Below are positions 61,795-64,000 of a stretch of DNA of 64,000 nt, piece after piece. The translations under genes were made by a program, and so were the position numbers. Under the pieces are notes generated by a model. The model was not told the origin of the DNA, did not search any database, and was given only the letters and a program-made list of their open reading frames with translations. Origin of the DNA: Dehalococcoidia bacterium (lineage in GTDB: Bacteria; Chloroflexota; Dehalococcoidia; Lucifugimonadales; UBA1123); the NCBI GenBank assembly GCA_034420555.1, contig DAOULF010000060.1:58-64057 (forward strand). Reading direction: 5' to 3'. How positions within the stretch are numbered: the stretch's first letter is position 1; every line of letters starts with the position of its first letter.

Positions 61795-62706
61795 ATGCTC
61801 AAATTAGAATCGCCCATGCCCGCTCCTTTTCCGAATCCGGCCAGCGTGGGAAGTCCCAAATTCGCGCATCCCAGCGAGGAGGAGTTCGCCAGAATCCTGG
61901 ACTTCTACGGCCTGCGCTGGGACTACGAACCGACCTCTTTCCCACTGGAGTGGAATGATGACGGTCCGGTCGAAATGATGTCCCCCGACTTCTACCTGCC
62001 GGATCTCGACCTGTATCTCGAACTGACCACCATGAAGCAGTCCCTCGTGACCCAGAAGAACCGCAAGATACGCAAGATGCGTGAAAGATACCCGGACGTC
62101 AATGTGAAGTTGCTGTACAGAAAGGACTTCCACCGCCTGCTGGCAAAGTACGGATTCGGCCCGCTGTCGGGTCCCGACGTGCCGCGTATTTCCAAAGTGC
62201 TGTTCACCGAGCGACAGATAGGCCAGAAGGTGGAGGAGCTCGGCAAGGCTCTTTCGGCGGATTACGCCGGGAGTGATCCTGTGCTCGTCGGCGTCCAGCG
62301 CGGCATGGTCTGTTTCATGGCCGACCTGATGCGCCATATTTCCCTGCCCATACGGATGGATTTCATGTCCATTTCGCACTACGCCGGTGAAAACGGCCCG
62401 GACATCCGCATAACCAAGTCCCTCGACATAGACATCGAGGGCGCGGACATCATCCTCGTCGAGGACATCGTTGACACCGGCATGACGCTCAACTGGCTGA
62501 CCGGATACCTGCGCTCTCTATCTCCGTCCAGTGTCGAAGTGTGCGCGCTGCTGGACAAGCGAGTGCGACGAATAGCCGACGTGGAAATAAAGTACGTGGG
62601 CTTGGAGGCGCCGGACGAGTTCCTGGTCGGATATGGGCTGGACTACATGGAGACCTACAGGAACCTGCCGTTCATTGCGACGCTCAGACCGGAGGAAAAC
62701 TCTTGA
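61795..62706 (+). CDS. hpt: Hypoxanthine phosphoribosyltransferase fused to a ~125-aa N-terminal domain of unknown function
   Basis: The C-terminal ~175 aa are typical Hpt (KVLFTERQIGQKVEELGKALSADYAGSDPVLVGVQRGMVCFMADL...IILVEDIVDTGMTL...VGYGLDY). The N-terminal part (FAHPSEEEFARILDFYGLRWDYEPTSFPL...SPDFYLPDLDLYLELTTMKQ) is extra. Confidence 0.8.
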   Translation: MLKLESPMPAPFPNPASVGSPKFAHPSEEEFARILDFYGLRWDYEPTSFPLEWNDDGPVEMMSPDFYLPDLDLYLELTTMKQSLVTQKNRKIRKMRERYPDVNVKLLYRKDFHRLLAKYGFGPLSGPDVPRISKVLFTERQIGQKVEELGKALSADYAGSDPVLVGVQRGMVCFMADLMRHISLPIRMDFMSISHYAGENGPDIRITKSLDIDIEGADIILVEDIVDTGMTLNWLTGYLRSLSPSSVEVCALLDKRVRRIADVEIKYVGLEAPDEFLVGYGLDYMETYRNLPFIATLRPEENS

Positions 62707-62960
62707 CAAAAGAGTACGCCCCAACAGGCTTTGCCTATCTGTCCTCAACCCCCTGGAACCCGGCGGGTGGGCCGCCTGATCCCTGATGGTCTCCTCCATT
62801 TGGCTCGGTCCATTGGGACGTGCATATATACTATACCGTAATGCGGCCTTTGTCAACAGATTTTTAACCGAATTTTAAGAAATCGTTAAAATTAGGGAAA
62901 ACGCGCCCTGCGCCGCGCTGTAACGACGATTAAACTCAGCATCACCATAAGGAGACATGA

Positions 62961-64000
62961 ATGACAACATCAGCGCCAACCATTACGACGATCAACAAGA
63001 CCGAAGCCCGGTCCACCGGCGGAATGGTCGCCACGAAGGACATCCACGCCACGGAAGCCGGGGTCCGGATGCTGGAAATGGGGGGCAACGCCGTTGACGC
63101 CGCGGTCGCCGCCTGCTTCGCCATCGGCGTCGTCGAGCCCTGGTCCTGCGGCATCGGCGGCGGCGGGTACATGGTCTATCAGCTAGGAGATCAGGGAGGC
63201 GTCATTGGCTTCCCCATGAAGGGCCCGCTGGACGCCGCCCCCGATATGTACGAGTTCACGGGCGAGAAGGCGGTCGGCAACTTCGGCTGGCCCGGCGTCG
63301 TCAACAACGAGAACCTTGAGGGCTTCAGGTCAATCGCGGTCCCCGGGGCCGTCGCCGGCCTGTGCGAGGCCAACCAGCGGCTTGGAAAGCTCCCCCTGTC
63401 CGAGGTCATAGCCCCCGCCGTGTCGCTCGCCAGGGACGGCTACTCCCCCGGCTGGCACAGCATCTACTCGCTCGCCATGATGTCCGACAAGCTGTTCAAG
63501 TACGACGAACTCAGAAGCGTGTTCATGCCGGGCGGCAGTCTGCCCACCGGCGACCTGACTTCCCAGGCCAACCTGAAGCAGCCCGACCTCGCCAACGTGC
63601 TTGAGGCAATCGGCAGGAAGGGCGCGTCCGCGTTCTACTCCGGCGACATAGCCGAGGCCCTCACCTCCGACATCCGCGCCAACGGCGGCATACTCTCCAT
63701 GCGCGACCTCGCCGAGTACAAGCCCTTCGTCTGGGACGGCGGCCTCGAGTTTGGCTACTCAGGCCACACCGTGCGCGTGCCGCCCTTCCAGTGCGCCGGG
63801 ACCACTTCCGCCATGACGCTCAGGCTGCTTGACGGCTTCGACATATCCCAAATGGGACATAACTCGCCGGAAGCGCTTCACGCCTATATCTATTCCGCGA
63901 GACTGGCTTACGTGGACAGGTTCCGCTACATGGCCGACCCCGCCTTCGTGGATGTGCCCTGGGCCGGACTCGTGTCGGACGGCTACACCAAGAACCGCCG
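62961..64000 (+). CDS. ggt: Gamma-glutamyltransferase (5' part; runs off the window end)
   Basis: It is missing from the ORF track because there is no stop in the window. From ATG 62961, with AAGGAG 6 nt upstream: MTTSAPTITTINKTEARSTGGMVATKDIHATEAGVRMLEMGGNAVDAAVAACFAIGVVEPWSCGIGGGGYMVYQ... Confidence 0.85.
   Translation, partial: MTTSAPTITTINKTEARSTGGMVATKDIHATEAGVRMLEMGGNAVDAAVAACFAIGVVEPWSCGIGGGGYMVYQLGDQGGVIGFPMKGPLDAAPDMYEFTGEKAVGNFGWPGVVNNENLEGFRSIAVPGAVAGLCEANQRLGKLPLSEVIAPAVSLARDGYSPGWHSIYSLAMMSDKLFKYDELRSVFMPGGSLPTGDLTSQANLKQPDLANVLEAIGRKGASAFYSGDIAEALTSDIRANGGILSMRDLAEYKPFVWDGGLEFGYSGHTVRVPPFQCAGTTSAMTLRLLDGFDISQMGHNSPEALHAYIYSARLAYVDRFRYMADPAFVDVPWAGLVSDGYTKNR

Noticed and set aside
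62942-63172. 76-aa minus-strand ORF and other small ORFs from 62.9 to 63.6 kb
   Set aside because: They are antisense or off-frame to the open-ended gamma-glutamyltransferase gene, which the ORF track omitted because it has no stop in the window.

Overview
This is a 64 kb bacterial chromosomal segment of roughly 60% GC. Gene content (a PPOX/F420-type enzyme, many amidohydrolases) and a pervasive family of G/C-rich hairpin repeats suggest an uncultured Chloroflexota-like lineage, but that is inference only. I can support about 60 protein genes and 3 tRNAs (Ile-GAU, Gly-CCC, Sec-UCA). I found no rRNA, CRISPR array, transposase or integrase. The backbone is housekeeping and metabolic: argS, rarA, coaE, cinA, an AspA-like lyase, ltaE, speH-speB, a NifS/IscS-like desulfurase, trxA, hpt, ggt (partial), a gldA/F/G-like ABC operon, two MFS transporters and many hydrolases. 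Five things stand out. (1) An accessory island at 11.1-18.8 kb encodes a HEPN-fused DUF499 P-loop ATPase, a small membrane-anchored coiled-coil protein, an orphan HicB-like protein, a DUF1156 zinc-ribbon DNA methyltransferase with a sharply low-GC central segment, and a mini GIY-YIG nuclease. It looks like a non-canonical, experimentally uncharacterised RM-like or defence module that lacks the usual helicase. (2) A selenocysteine-decoding trait is spread over the window: selD with an in-frame UGA, selA, tRNA-Sec, and a UGSC-motif selenoprotein that the ORF track splits at its UGA. (3) An orphan CbbQ/NorQ AAA+ gene, a NUDIX gene and a 1096-aa VWA gene form a cluster. (4) A low-GC islet at 32.7-35.5 kb ends in hicAB and shares a ~100-bp upstream element with the defence island. 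(5) Intergenic REP/MITE-like hairpin repeats are modular and frequent, including a near-identical 110-bp inverted pair 57 kb apart. Three toxin-antitoxin-type modules (higBA, hicAB, orphan hicB-like) and a Uma2 nuclease are also present.
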